DNA from: an uncultured Candidatus Saccharibacteria bacterium
Lineage (GTDB): Bacteria; Patescibacteriota; Minisyncoccia; Phycocordibacterales; UBA918
NCBI GenBank assembly: GCA_964402035.1
Contig: CAYOAM010000001.1
Span: forward strand, 243,558 to 307,557
Direction of reading: 5' to 3'
DNA length: 64,000 nt
In this document: in pieces, positions 41,275 through 51,547 of the stretch
How the letters are laid out: the number at the start of each line of letters is the position of its first letter
Numbering within the stretch: position 1 is the first letter of the stretch
Translations under genes and position numbers: made by a program
Notes under the pieces: model-generated
What the model was told of the DNA's origin: nothing
The model's database searches: none
What the model saw: the letters and a program-made list of their open reading frames with translations, nothing else

Positions 41275-42957
41275 ATGTTAGACCTGGCACCATACATTCA
41301 AATACAACACTGCTATAACCTCTTGTCTGAAGTTTCTTTAGAGTTGTTGCTGCTTGCGCATATTCCTACTGGAATGGTAGCAATCCTATTCAGTTTTTTT
41401 GTCGTATATAAGAATCGTACACAGGCAAGTTACGCACTTTTATTTGTATCTTTATTTTTTTTACTATGGAGCTTTCTTAATTTAAACACTTGGTTTGCGT
41501 TTCTTGGCGCAACCAACACAATGTTCACATGGTCACTGATTGATTTAATAAGCTTATTTTTTTTCATATTTACATATCGCTTTCTTTATACATTCATCAA
41601 CAATCACGGCATGCCTTTGTGGCAAATTTTGGTTGGATTTGGACTTATTCTGCCAACAGCGATAACAACCTTAACCGGAATAAATATCACCGACTTTGAT
41701 GCAAATACATGTGAAGCAATAGAGTCAAGTTGGATTGTATTGTACCCATATTTTGTGCAAGGAGTTACATTAATTGCAATAATTGTACTGGGTGTAAGTT
41801 CGTTTAAGAAAGAAACTGATAGGTCAAAAAAAGAACAGGTTATTTTGGCTGCGACAGGAGTATTTCTTTTTTTATTTTTCTTTTTTTCTGCTACGTTCAT
41901 AGTCACATTGCTAATAAATTACACTTCTGTTGCATCACCATATAACTATGCTATCTACGGACTTTTTGGAATGCCAGTCCTTTTGATGTTCTTGGGATAT
42001 CTTATTGTTAAATATAAAGCTTTCAATATTAAACTGATCGGGGCTGAGGCCCTTATTACGACCCTGGTTCTACTGGACGCATCTCAGGTATTCTTTTCCT
42101 CTTCTCGCACAGAATTTGTTGCCAACCTTATCACCATTCTCCTTATCATCCTGTTTGGATCGTTCCTCATACGTAGTGTAAAGAAGGAGATTGCCGCCAA
42201 GGAGCGGAATGAGCAGTTGGCGAAAGACTTGGCACATGCAAATGCGCGCTTGCGAGAGCTTGATAGACAAAAATCAGAATTTGTCTCAATTGCATCACAT
42301 CAATTGCGAAGTCCACTTGCAGCTATTCGTGGCTACGCGTCTATGATGCTCGAAGGTTCATACGGTAAACTACCAGAAAAGGTGCGGGGTATCGTAGAGC
42401 GCATTCAAGAATCGAGTGCATTTATGGCGCTCTCGATCGAAGATTTTTTGGATGTGTCACGTATTGAGCAGGGCCGCATGAAGTATGAATTCAGTGAAGT
42501 AAACTTGCATTCAGTAGCCGAGAAAGTAGTAGATGAATTGCGATCATCAGCACTCAAACGTGGACTTGTTCTTATGTTTAAATCCGATTGCAAAGGTAAC
42601 TGCATGGTAAAAGCGGATCACGGCAAAATTAGACAAATTATATACAATCTTATTGACAATGCTATCAAGTACACAAAAAAGGGAAGTATCAATGTCCTTG
42701 CTCACGATGATGTAGAGCAGCATACGTTTTTTATTACTATACAAGATACTGGCATTGGCATGTCGGAAGAGACTCGTAAGGCTATTTTCGAAAAGTTTGT
42801 CCGTGCAAAGAATGCGAACAGCGTAAACGTGCAAGGGACGGGACTTGGCTTGTATGTAGCAAAACAGATGATTGAGGCAATGGGAGGCAAAATAACTCCT
42901 CGATCCGAAGGCGAAGGAAAGGGGTCTTCATTCACGATTGAGTTGCCGCTTATCTAG
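41275..42957 (+). CDS. sensor histidine kinase with multi-TM (HisKA_7TM-like) input domain
   Basis: H-box SIASHQLRSPL, N-box NLIDNAIKYT, DTGIGM, GTGLGL; hydrophobic N-terminal 300 aa. Confidence 0.93.
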   Translation: MLDLAPYIQIQHCYNLLSEVSLELLLLAHIPTGMVAILFSFFVVYKNRTQASYALLFVSLFFLLWSFLNLNTWFAFLGATNTMFTWSLIDLISLFFFIFTYRFLYTFINNHGMPLWQILVGFGLILPTAITTLTGINITDFDANTCEAIESSWIVLYPYFVQGVTLIAIIVLGVSSFKKETDRSKKEQVILAATGVFLFLFFFFSATFIVTLLINYTSVASPYNYAIYGLFGMPVLLMFLGYLIVKYKAFNIKLIGAEALITTLVLLDASQVFFSSSRTEFVANLITILLIILFGSFLIRSVKKEIAAKERNEQLAKDLAHANARLRELDRQKSEFVSIASHQLRSPLAAIRGYASMMLEGSYGKLPEKVRGIVERIQESSAFMALSIEDFLDVSRIEQGRMKYEFSEVNLHSVAEKVVDELRSSALKRGLVLMFKSDCKGNCMVKADHGKIRQIIYNLIDNAIKYTKKGSINVLAHDDVEQHTFFITIQDTGIGMSEETRKAIFEKFVRAKNANSVNVQGTGLGLYVAKQMIEAMGGKITPRSEGEGKGSSFTIELPLI

Positions 42958-43008
42958 GCTTTATGTTCAGGTAGCGTGATCTCTGCTACTATGTAGCACT
43001 TAGTGTGT

Positions 43009-44439
43009 ATGAAAATATCAACGACCAAACAACCCATCGCCGAGCTACCGGCTACGTATACCCGTATAACTTTTAATGAGAAAAGTGTGCCCACGTTGCT
43101 GCTCGAGCAAGGGATCCAAAGTCTTACCGTCGAGCGAAAAAAAGAAATAAACGTGGATGCTCGTGCATTTAGAAGTATGATTCGAGCAGCCATACGTGGA
43201 GCTAAATCGTTTAAAATTGAACGAATTGCACTATCTATTGATGATCTACTACTTGCACCTCTCATAGAGTCATACTCTCGTGCGCAAGTACTTGAAATGG
43301 CAGTCGAGAATGCCATCATTGCCGAATATGAATTTGACCGATACAAGAAGAATAAACCAGCCCGTATTGTCGAATTGCGACTCTGTGGCGTCATGCAAGG
43401 TGAAGAACGGGCAATAAAAAAGGCAGAAATTATTGGCGCATATGTAAATCATGCTCGAGATCTTTCGAATACACCCGGAGGAGACATGACGCCCGCCGTG
43501 CTCGCAAGCGCTGCAAAAGCACTCGTTAAAGGAACAAGTGTTTCGTGCACAATTTTAAATAAAAAGGCCATTGAAAAGGAAAAGATGGGTGCCATTTTGG
43601 GCGTATCGCGCGGATCTGTTGAGGAGCCACGTTTTATAGTCCTTGAGTACTGGGGAGCAGGGAAACCAAAGAAAGGAAAGTTGGGGAGCTCTCGTGGTAA
43701 ATCCAGCGATAAAGACAATCCCGTTGTATTTATCGGCAAGGGCATCACTTTTGACACCGGGGGACTCAATCTAAAACCTTCATCAGCAGTTCTTGATATG
43801 CATATGGATATGTCAGGGGGAGCAGCGGTCATCGCTGCTGTTACGGCGGCGGCGGCTTTAGGATTAAAAAAGAACATCATCGGCCTTATTCCTGCTGCAG
43901 AAAATATGGTGTCTGGAGAAAGCTATCGACCAGGAGATGTTTTGGTCACTATGTCGGGAACTACCGTCGACGTCCTCAACACCGATGCCGAAGGTCGATT
44001 GGTGCTAGCTGATGCGCTGACGTATGCACAACGCTATCAGCCACGTCTGGTCATTGATGTAGCAACACTCACGGGGGCGTCTCTTGTAGCACTTGGTACC
44101 CACGCTTCTGCTATTATGACGAAAGACAAAGATCTCCAAAACACACTACAAGAACTTGGTGAAAAAAGTGGTGACTACGTATGGCCACTACCGTTATGGA
44201 ATGAATACAAGCAGTACACAAAAGGAGTTTTTGGTGACATCGCAAATATACCTGCTCAAGGAGCACAGTATGGCGGTTGTATTAATGGCGGTATGTTTCT
44301 TGCGCACTTCGCAAAGGATTACCTTTGGGCGCATATCGATATGGCCCCACGAATGACTGCAGCACCGGGAGATCACCTCGCAAAAGGATCGACAGGAGAA
44401 CCTACGAGGCTATTACTCAGCATTGCTGCTCACTATTAA
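43009..44439 (+). CDS. pepA: leucyl aminopeptidase (M17)
   Basis: GKGITFDTGG, MDMSG, NTDAEGRLVLAD, ATLTGA. Confidence 0.95.
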   Translation: MKISTTKQPIAELPATYTRITFNEKSVPTLLLEQGIQSLTVERKKEINVDARAFRSMIRAAIRGAKSFKIERIALSIDDLLLAPLIESYSRAQVLEMAVENAIIAEYEFDRYKKNKPARIVELRLCGVMQGEERAIKKAEIIGAYVNHARDLSNTPGGDMTPAVLASAAKALVKGTSVSCTILNKKAIEKEKMGAILGVSRGSVEEPRFIVLEYWGAGKPKKGKLGSSRGKSSDKDNPVVFIGKGITFDTGGLNLKPSSAVLDMHMDMSGGAAVIAAVTAAAALGLKKNIIGLIPAAENMVSGESYRPGDVLVTMSGTTVDVLNTDAEGRLVLADALTYAQRYQPRLVIDVATLTGASLVALGTHASAIMTKDKDLQNTLQELGEKSGDYVWPLPLWNEYKQYTKGVFGDIANIPAQGAQYGGCINGGMFLAHFAKDYLWAHIDMAPRMTAAPGDHLAKGSTGEPTRLLLSIAAHY

Positions 44440-44465
44440 GGCAATCTGATATCATAGGAGTATCA

Positions 44466-45191
44466 ATGCCGCACACATTCAGCGTTAAAACCGAAGTATT
44501 TGAAGGCCCACTTGAGTTATTACTCGATCTTATAGAATCGAGAAAGCTTTTGATAAACGAAATCTCTCTTGCAGAGGTCACTGACGCGTACATAGCGCAC
44601 GTTCGACAGCTCCAAGAAGATCACACTACAGCCACAGCACAGTTTGTGTTAGTGGCGGCAACACTGCTCCTCATCAAGTCAAAATCACTACTTCCGATGC
44701 TTGAGCTCACTGAGGAAGAATCGTATAGCGTACATAGTCTCGAAGAGCGACTAAAACTGTATCAGCTCTATAGAAATGCAAGCAAACTTGTCAGTGAAAG
44801 CTTCAACAGATCACCCCTATTTGAAAAAATATACATACCCGACGAGACACCTGTTTTTAGTACAGATCAATACACAAAGCCAGCTGCGCTTCTTCAAGCC
44901 CTTCGGGACGTAATAGTACGTTTTCCTAAAAAAGTGTTTAAACCGCAAGTTTCGGTCAAAAAAGTCATGTCGCTTGAAGAAATGATCAAAAGCGTAGAAG
45001 ATAGAATAACTCGACAGTTTAAACTTTCATTCAGCGACCTGACACGGGCCCAAGAACGACCGCATATCATTATCAGTTTCCTCGCGGTACTCGAACTCGT
45101 AAAACAAGGCACGATATTGGTGCGCCAAGAAACACACTTAGATGACATTGCCATCGAACGCGGTGAAGTCGAAACGCCTCGATACGTCTAG
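44466..45191 (+). CDS. scpA: segregation and condensation protein A
   Basis: FEGPLELLLDLI, AATLLLIKSKSLLP, FLAVLELVK. Confidence 0.95.
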   Translation: MPHTFSVKTEVFEGPLELLLDLIESRKLLINEISLAEVTDAYIAHVRQLQEDHTTATAQFVLVAATLLLIKSKSLLPMLELTEEESYSVHSLEERLKLYQLYRNASKLVSESFNRSPLFEKIYIPDETPVFSTDQYTKPAALLQALRDVIVRFPKKVFKPQVSVKKVMSLEEMIKSVEDRITRQFKLSFSDLTRAQERPHIIISFLAVLELVKQGTILVRQETHLDDIAIERGEVETPRYV

Positions 45192-45269
45192 AATACCCAC
45201 ATACCTGTTCTACACAGCAATATACAGATAGTACTGCCTAAATAAGCCATATATTGCTATACTGTCCGT

Positions 45270-45830
45270 ATGAACCTCGAAGTCTTAATAGAGGGTGTTT
45301 TGTTTTATGTTTCAGAGCCTATTTCTATTGCTCGACTAGCAAAACTTCTTGAAGTAGAGGTGGGGGAGATAGATCAGGCGATAGTAATGCTCGAAGCTAG
45401 TCTTTCGGGGAGGGGTATAACACTCGTGCGAGAAAGCGACACCCTAGCGCTCATGACAGCGCCAGCTTTAAGTACCGTTATTGAGAAAATACGAAAAGAA
45501 GAACTACGACGTGATATCGGAAAGGCAGGCGCTGAGACGCTTGCTATTGTGGCATACAATACGAGTATTACACGAGCAGAGATTGATTTTATTCGCGGAG
45601 TAAATTCAACCTTTGTGTTGCGAAATTTACAGATGCGAGGACTCATTGAAAGAATTCAGAACCCACAAGATCAACGTTCCTATGCATACCGCCCGACCGT
45701 CGCACTGTACGCACACCTGGGCATTAGTAGAAAGGAAGACTTGCCTGAATTTGCCGAAATAACCGAAGCAATACAATCTTACACAGCCGAGCATACAAAA
45801 GACGATCTGAATCTTACGCAAACATCATGA
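45270..45830 (+). CDS. scpB: segregation and condensation protein B
   Basis: IEGVLF, ETLAIVAY..ITRAEIDFIRGVNS, LP. Confidence 0.95.
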   Translation: MNLEVLIEGVLFYVSEPISIARLAKLLEVEVGEIDQAIVMLEASLSGRGITLVRESDTLALMTAPALSTVIEKIRKEELRRDIGKAGAETLAIVAYNTSITRAEIDFIRGVNSTFVLRNLQMRGLIERIQNPQDQRSYAYRPTVALYAHLGISRKEDLPEFAEITEAIQSYTAEHTKDDLNLTQTS

Positions 45831-46894
45831 ATGACGAATCTGTAGAAGTAGAACAAATTATTGAGACCACCACCGATGAAAAAGGAAGTGACGTTGCTTC
45901 TGATTTTCAGCCGGATGGAGTAAATCTAGATACAGCCTCACCGTTACCCACTATTGCACAGCTTGTGGTGGCGGTCGGGATACTATCGTTGGTACTTGCT
46001 ACTCCATATGCGGCTTCACTGTTCAAATTCAAAACCAAGACAGCACCGGTCACCGAGATGATTGTTGAAGAACCTGCGATTTCTGAAGCAATAAAAGAGG
46101 ATACAAACTATTTTGATAAGATGGCTGTTGGTGCTGAAGCAGTATATGTGTGGGATGTAAGCACCCAAAAGGCGCTGTATACAAAGAATTCACAGGCACA
46201 ACTACCGCTGGCATCACTCACAAAATTAATGACAGGTATTGTGGCGTATGAGACATACGGCGCAACAGCTATAGTACCCATAACACTTGCTGCCATCACC
46301 CAAGAAGGTGAAAATGGTTTCGCTGATGGTGATGCATGGGACGCAAAATCTCTTTTGGATTTTACACTTATGACTTCTTCAAACGATGGGGCATACGCGC
46401 TCGCTGCCGCAGCAGGGAAAGCGCTCAATCGTGCTACTAATGATCCAGAAAAGGTTTTCATTGACCGCATGAACGCAAAAGCAAAAGAGCTTGGTCTGAC
46501 GCAAACCTACTTTACAAATCCAACAGGACTCGATACATCGGAGGCAGAAAGTGGCAGCTACGGCTCCGCACGTGATGTAGCATTCCTCATGGAATATATC
46601 GTTCAGCATGCACCCGAAATATTGGAGACTACCGACGAGAAATCTTCTCGATTTACGGACAAAAAGGGTTCACTATTTACGGGCACCAACACAAATCAAG
46701 AGGTCGATAACTTTACCAATCTGCTGGGTTCAAAGACAGGGTATACCGTACTTGCAGGTGGAAACTTGGTCGTTTCTTTTGATGCTGGTCTCAATCATCC
46801 GATCGTGATTGTTGTTCTTGGGTCAAGTAGAGACGGCAGATTTAGCGATGTCGCAGAGCTCACAAAACGAACCCTACTAACAGTGGCTCAATAA
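45827..46894 (+). CDS. D-alanyl-D-alanine carboxypeptidase (S11)
   Basis: SxxK (ASLTKLMT), SSN, NPTGLD, KTG. Confidence 0.92.
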   Translation: MNDESVEVEQIIETTTDEKGSDVASDFQPDGVNLDTASPLPTIAQLVVAVGILSLVLATPYAASLFKFKTKTAPVTEMIVEEPAISEAIKEDTNYFDKMAVGAEAVYVWDVSTQKALYTKNSQAQLPLASLTKLMTGIVAYETYGATAIVPITLAAITQEGENGFADGDAWDAKSLLDFTLMTSSNDGAYALAAAAGKALNRATNDPEKVFIDRMNAKAKELGLTQTYFTNPTGLDTSEAESGSYGSARDVAFLMEYIVQHAPEILETTDEKSSRFTDKKGSLFTGTNTNQEVDNFTNLLGSKTGYTVLAGGNLVVSFDAGLNHPIVIVVLGSSRDGRFSDVAELTKRTLLTVAQ

Positions 46895-46898
46895 CACT

Positions 46899-47957
46899 AT
46901 GGTCATCGATATCGTCAAAATTTTCATTCCGACAACCGCTGCTTTTTTAGTTGGCATCGCAATAACACCGATTGTCACGCACTATCTTTATCATTATAAA
47001 GTTTGGAAAAAATCTCCTGGAAAAATTGCTCTCGATGGAAATGAAGCAATTGAATTCAACAAGATTCACAAGGAGAATGAAGGGAAAACTCCACGCATGG
47101 GTGGCATTGTTATTTGGGGCAGTGTCACGATTACCATCGTCGGTATGTGGGTACTCAGTATGTTTTTTCCCGACTCGATTATGCCGCAGCTCAATCTACT
47201 TACGAGATCACAAACATGGATACCGTTCGCAACACTGATCATTGGATCACTCGTAGGGTTGCTCAATGACCTATACGACATTACACACACGCAAAAAGGT
47301 CTGCGATTGCGTACCCGTCTATTTATTGTGACCATCGTAGCTGGAGCGGTTGCATATTGGTTCTATACTCGCCTTGGTGTCACATCCATTAGTATCCCAT
47401 TTGATGGCACACTCGATTTGGGAATATTTATAATACCGGCGTTCATACTCATATCGCTTGGACTATACGCAAGCGGTGTTATTGACGGCATTGATGGACT
47501 CTCAGGTGGTATATTTGCAACAATATTTACCGCCTATGCAGGCCTTGCTTTTTATCAGCAACAGATTGATCTTGCGGCTTTTTCAGGCACAGTTGCCGGA
47601 GGTATCCTTGCTTTTTTATGGTTCAACGTTCCGCCAGCGCGGTTCTGGATGACCGAAACAGGGACGATGGGCCTCACCATGACGTTGGCCGTTGTTGCAT
47701 TTACTTCAGACACATTGGGAGACGGCTACGGTCTATCGGTGTTACCGATCATCGGTCTACCATTGGTTCTGACTGTACTTTCCAATATTTTGCAAGTAAG
47801 CTACAAAAAAATCTTTCATAAGAAGTTATTTTTAGTTGCTCCGCTACATCACCATTTTGAGGCACTGGGATGGCCTGGCTACAAAGTAACTATGCGGTAC
47901 TGGATTTTTGGTATTGTCTCTGCGCTCGTCGGTCTCATTATTGCTATTAGTTCTTAA
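46899..47957 (+). CDS. mraY: phospho-N-acetylmuramoyl-pentapeptide transferase
   Basis: TPRMGG, DGIDGL, FLWFNVPPA, APLHHHFE. Confidence 0.93.
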   Translation: MVIDIVKIFIPTTAAFLVGIAITPIVTHYLYHYKVWKKSPGKIALDGNEAIEFNKIHKENEGKTPRMGGIVIWGSVTITIVGMWVLSMFFPDSIMPQLNLLTRSQTWIPFATLIIGSLVGLLNDLYDITHTQKGLRLRTRLFIVTIVAGAVAYWFYTRLGVTSISIPFDGTLDLGIFIIPAFILISLGLYASGVIDGIDGLSGGIFATIFTAYAGLAFYQQQIDLAAFSGTVAGGILAFLWFNVPPARFWMTETGTMGLTMTLAVVAFTSDTLGDGYGLSVLPIIGLPLVLTVLSNILQVSYKKIFHKKLFLVAPLHHHFEALGWPGYKVTMRYWIFGIVSALVGLIIAISS

Positions 47958-47960
47958 TCC

Positions 47961-49082
47961 ATGCCAAAAACGATTGATAGGACCTTGCTCGCAATCGTAC
48001 TTGTTTTACTAATTGGTGGTTTTTTAATCTTTTCATCGGCTTCACTTGGACTTTTGGCCCGAGAAGGAGCGCGTTTTTCGTCTGTAGCAGTCAGTCAGCT
48101 TCTTTTTGGCATTGTCGGTGGCATTGTTGCACTCGCAGTGACCAGCACTGTGCACTATCGTATTTGGAGACAGTACGCGTTTTATTTTTTTATACTATCA
48201 ATTTTTTTTACACTATTAGTCTTTGTGCCCGGCATCAATTTTGTACACGGAGGAGCACATCGATGGATTGAAATCGGCTCATTTACCATGCAACCTGCAG
48301 AGATACTCAAGATCTCCTTTGTTATCTATATGGCTACATGGCTCTCTGGAATGCAAAAATTTATTAGCACATTCACGCGGGGGACATTACCATTTATTGG
48401 TTTTGTCGCTGTTGTCGGTGCAATCATGCTCGCGCAGCCCGATACAGATACATTTGCAATAATGGTGGTAGCTGCCGGCGCTATGTTTCTAACTGCGGGG
48501 GGACGTTGGAGAGACATACTTATTATTTTAATCTCAGGAGTGCTGGTATTAGGACTCCTGGCGTACAGTCGACCCTACGTGATGAATCGACTGACTACAT
48601 TTATGAACCCTGCAGCTGATCCTTTGGGTAAAGGATACCAGATTCAACAGTCACTCATTGCGGTCGGGTCCGGTGGTATTACTGGAAGAGGATTCGGTCA
48701 AAGTATCCAAAAATTTGAATATCTGCCCGAGCCAATCGGTGATTCAATATTTGCTGTATACGCTGAAGAATTTGGATTTATTGGTAGCACGCTATTAGTT
48801 TTGCTGTTTACATTCTTTGCATTTCGCGGATATAAAATAGCGTCAAACGCACCCGACCTATTTGGCACACTTTTGATTGTTGGATTCATTACACTTATTG
48901 CAACGCAGGCTTTCTTGAATATTGCAGCAATGCTTGCCATCGTACCGCTTTCAGGATTACCGCTCCCGTTTATAAGTCATGGAGGCACCGCACTCCTCGC
49001 AACACTTGCCGCAGTGGGGATCATCCTCAATGTCTCCAGGTACACGCATCCTAAAAAAGGTCCGAGTAGCATGGTAAAATAA
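47961..49082 (+). CDS. ftsW: SEDS glycosyltransferase FtsW
   Basis: GAHRW, QPAE, GYQIQQSLIA.GSGG, LPFISHGG; between mraY and murG. Confidence 0.9.
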   Translation: MPKTIDRTLLAIVLVLLIGGFLIFSSASLGLLAREGARFSSVAVSQLLFGIVGGIVALAVTSTVHYRIWRQYAFYFFILSIFFTLLVFVPGINFVHGGAHRWIEIGSFTMQPAEILKISFVIYMATWLSGMQKFISTFTRGTLPFIGFVAVVGAIMLAQPDTDTFAIMVVAAGAMFLTAGGRWRDILIILISGVLVLGLLAYSRPYVMNRLTTFMNPAADPLGKGYQIQQSLIAVGSGGITGRGFGQSIQKFEYLPEPIGDSIFAVYAEEFGFIGSTLLVLLFTFFAFRGYKIASNAPDLFGTLLIVGFITLIATQAFLNIAAMLAIVPLSGLPLPFISHGGTALLATLAAVGIILNVSRYTHPKKGPSSMVK

Positions 49083-49086
49083 AAAT

Positions 49087-50196
49087 ATGCGCATAGTGTT
49101 TGTTGGAGGAGGTACCGGAGGTCATTTTTATCCTTTGATCGCTGTTGCGGAAGCACTTATTGCACGTGCCAAAGCCAACAACCACCTTGCTCCCGATTTG
49201 TTTTATATGGGACCTGACCCATACGACGCAGGCTCTCTGTTTACCTCTGGCATCACCTTTGTCTATTGCCCGGCAGGCAAAAGACGTCGCTATAGTTCAA
49301 TACAAAATTTCTTTGATGTCGGGAAAACGATCGCGGGAGTATGTGTTGCTTTGTGGCAACTTTTTGTACTGTATCCCGATGTCATCATGAGCAAGGGTGG
49401 ATACACCAGCGTACCCGTAGTCATTGCGGGCTGGTTGTTACGGATTCCCATAGTAATACACGAGTCAGATGCGGTGCCTGGCCGAGCAAATCTACTCGCT
49501 GCGCGATTTGCAAAATATATAGCAATTACCTATGACGATGCTGCACATTTTTTCCAAGAAGACAAAGTGGCATTAACAGGAATTCCCGTGAGAAAAGAGC
49601 TTCTCTCGACAGTAGACAGTAGTGCATTGCACACAAAGCCAGTGATTCTGGTACTCGGAGGTTCTCAAGGGGCTGAACGGATCAACGATCTAATTGTTTC
49701 AGCACTCGGAGACCTACTTCCGATATATGATATTGTCCATCAAGTTGGTACTACTAATATTTCAGTGGTAACGCAAACAGCAAAAGCACTGCTTCATAAT
49801 GAGGAGCTTCTAGCTGGGTATCACGTACAAGGATTTTTTGAAGCGTCCCAACTTCATATGTATGAATCTGCTGCCGTACTCATTATTTCACGTGCTGGCA
49901 GTGGATCAATTTATGAAATAGCGCTGCATGGAAAACCATCAATATTAATCCCGATACCAGAAGATATTAGTCATGATCAACGCAAAAATGCGTATGCGTA
50001 TGCCCGGACTGGAGCGGCAGAAGTCATTGAGGAGCGCAACCTGACACCACATTTGCTCGTTTCCGAAATTACCCGTATCATGAGCGCTCCACAAATATAT
50101 ACCACGATGTCTGAAGCCGCACTCAAATTTGGAACCCGTGACGCAGCAGAGCGCATAGCCGAAGCATTGACCTCAATCGCACTATCACACGAGTAA
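49087..50196 (+). CDS. murG: lipid II GlcNAc transferase MurG
   Basis: GGGTGGH, KGGY, HESD..PG.AN, GGSQGA, SRAG, DQRKNA. Confidence 0.96.
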   Translation: MRIVFVGGGTGGHFYPLIAVAEALIARAKANNHLAPDLFYMGPDPYDAGSLFTSGITFVYCPAGKRRRYSSIQNFFDVGKTIAGVCVALWQLFVLYPDVIMSKGGYTSVPVVIAGWLLRIPIVIHESDAVPGRANLLAARFAKYIAITYDDAAHFFQEDKVALTGIPVRKELLSTVDSSALHTKPVILVLGGSQGAERINDLIVSALGDLLPIYDIVHQVGTTNISVVTQTAKALLHNEELLAGYHVQGFFEASQLHMYESAAVLIISRAGSGSIYEIALHGKPSILIPIPEDISHDQRKNAYAYARTGAAEVIEERNLTPHLLVSEITRIMSAPQIYTTMSEAALKFGTRDAAERIAEALTSIALSHE

Positions 50197-50200
50197 TTTT

Positions 50201-51547
50201 ATGGAAAAAGTCATTACACGGATCGCACCAAGTCCCACAGGACACCTGCACATTGGTACCGCTCGAACGGCGCTCTACAATTACCTCTTTGCTAAGAAAC
50301 ACGGCGGCACTTTTATCGTGCGTTCAGAAGATACAGACAGAGCACGTAGCACAGCAGCATTTGAGAAGGAGATTCTTGATGGTTTAGCATGGCTTCAGAT
50401 CAATGCAGATGCTTTCTATAGACAGTCAGAGCGTGGACACATCTACCGATCATTTCTTGAAAAACTGATAGCAAATGACACGGCATATCTTTCAAAAGAA
50501 GAAAGCAAAAATACACCCGGTACCTTTGTTGAGGTTGTACGTCTCCGAAATAAAAACAAAATGCTAACATTTAGGGACGAAGTACGGGGTGATATAACAT
50601 TCGACACAACAGAATTGGGAGATTTTGTTATAGCGCGCTCACTTGATGACGCACTGTATCATTTTGCAGTCGTTGTTGATGATTTCGAGATGGGTGTCAC
50701 ACACGTGATACGAGGTGAGGATCACATATCAAACACCCCGCGACATATACTCATACAAGAGGCAATAGGCGCGCCACGACCGATCTATGCACACTTACCT
50801 CTCATACTGGCTCCAGATCGTTCAAAGCTGTCAAAACGACATGGTGCTGTAGCACTTTATGAATATCAAGCTCAAGGATTTTTACCGGAAGCTATCAACA
50901 ACTATCTGGCGCTTCTAGGTTGGAATCCGGGTACCGAACAAGAAATCTTCACGAGGAACGAATTAATTGAGGCATTCGACCTTAATAAAATTCAGAAAAG
51001 CGGAGCAATCTTTAATGTCGAAAAACTGCGCTGGTTTAATCATGAGTTTTTACAAAAGAAAGATGATTTATTCTTTATAAGTGCCCTAACAGACGGTATT
51101 CGACATGCAACACATAACCCAACTTATGACATAGCAGCGTACATGATCCCAAACGTTGCGCGCCTCGCTCGCGAGCGATGTGCGGTACTTTCTGATATCG
51201 CAACAGATATTGCGGCAGGGGAGTACGCATTTATGTACCAAACTCCAGACCCGACCGCTACATCTCTCAAATGGAAAAAAGACGCATCTCCACAAGATGC
51301 ACTGCCGCGACTCCAAGAAATTCAGCACCTACTTGAGGAAGCGCCTGAGTCCAATGACGCTACGGTGATTAAGACACTTCTCTTTCCATACGCTGAAAAA
51401 GTGGGGAAGGGGGAAGTTTTGTGGCCTTTGCGTATGGCACTATCCGGTCGTGAAAAATCGCCTGATCCTTTTAGTCTTATCGCAATACTTGGTAAAGCCG
51501 AGTCCATAGCGCGTATAAAAAAGGCGTGTGATATTATTAGTGGATGA
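50201..51547 (+). CDS. gltX: glutamate--tRNA ligase
   Basis: APSPTGHLHIG, HVIRGEDH, KLSKR. Confidence 0.96.
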   Translation: MEKVITRIAPSPTGHLHIGTARTALYNYLFAKKHGGTFIVRSEDTDRARSTAAFEKEILDGLAWLQINADAFYRQSERGHIYRSFLEKLIANDTAYLSKEESKNTPGTFVEVVRLRNKNKMLTFRDEVRGDITFDTTELGDFVIARSLDDALYHFAVVVDDFEMGVTHVIRGEDHISNTPRHILIQEAIGAPRPIYAHLPLILAPDRSKLSKRHGAVALYEYQAQGFLPEAINNYLALLGWNPGTEQEIFTRNELIEAFDLNKIQKSGAIFNVEKLRWFNHEFLQKKDDLFFISALTDGIRHATHNPTYDIAAYMIPNVARLARERCAVLSDIATDIAAGEYAFMYQTPDPTATSLKWKKDASPQDALPRLQEIQHLLEEAPESNDATVIKTLLFPYAEKVGKGEVLWPLRMALSGREKSPDPFSLIAILGKAESIARIKKACDIISG

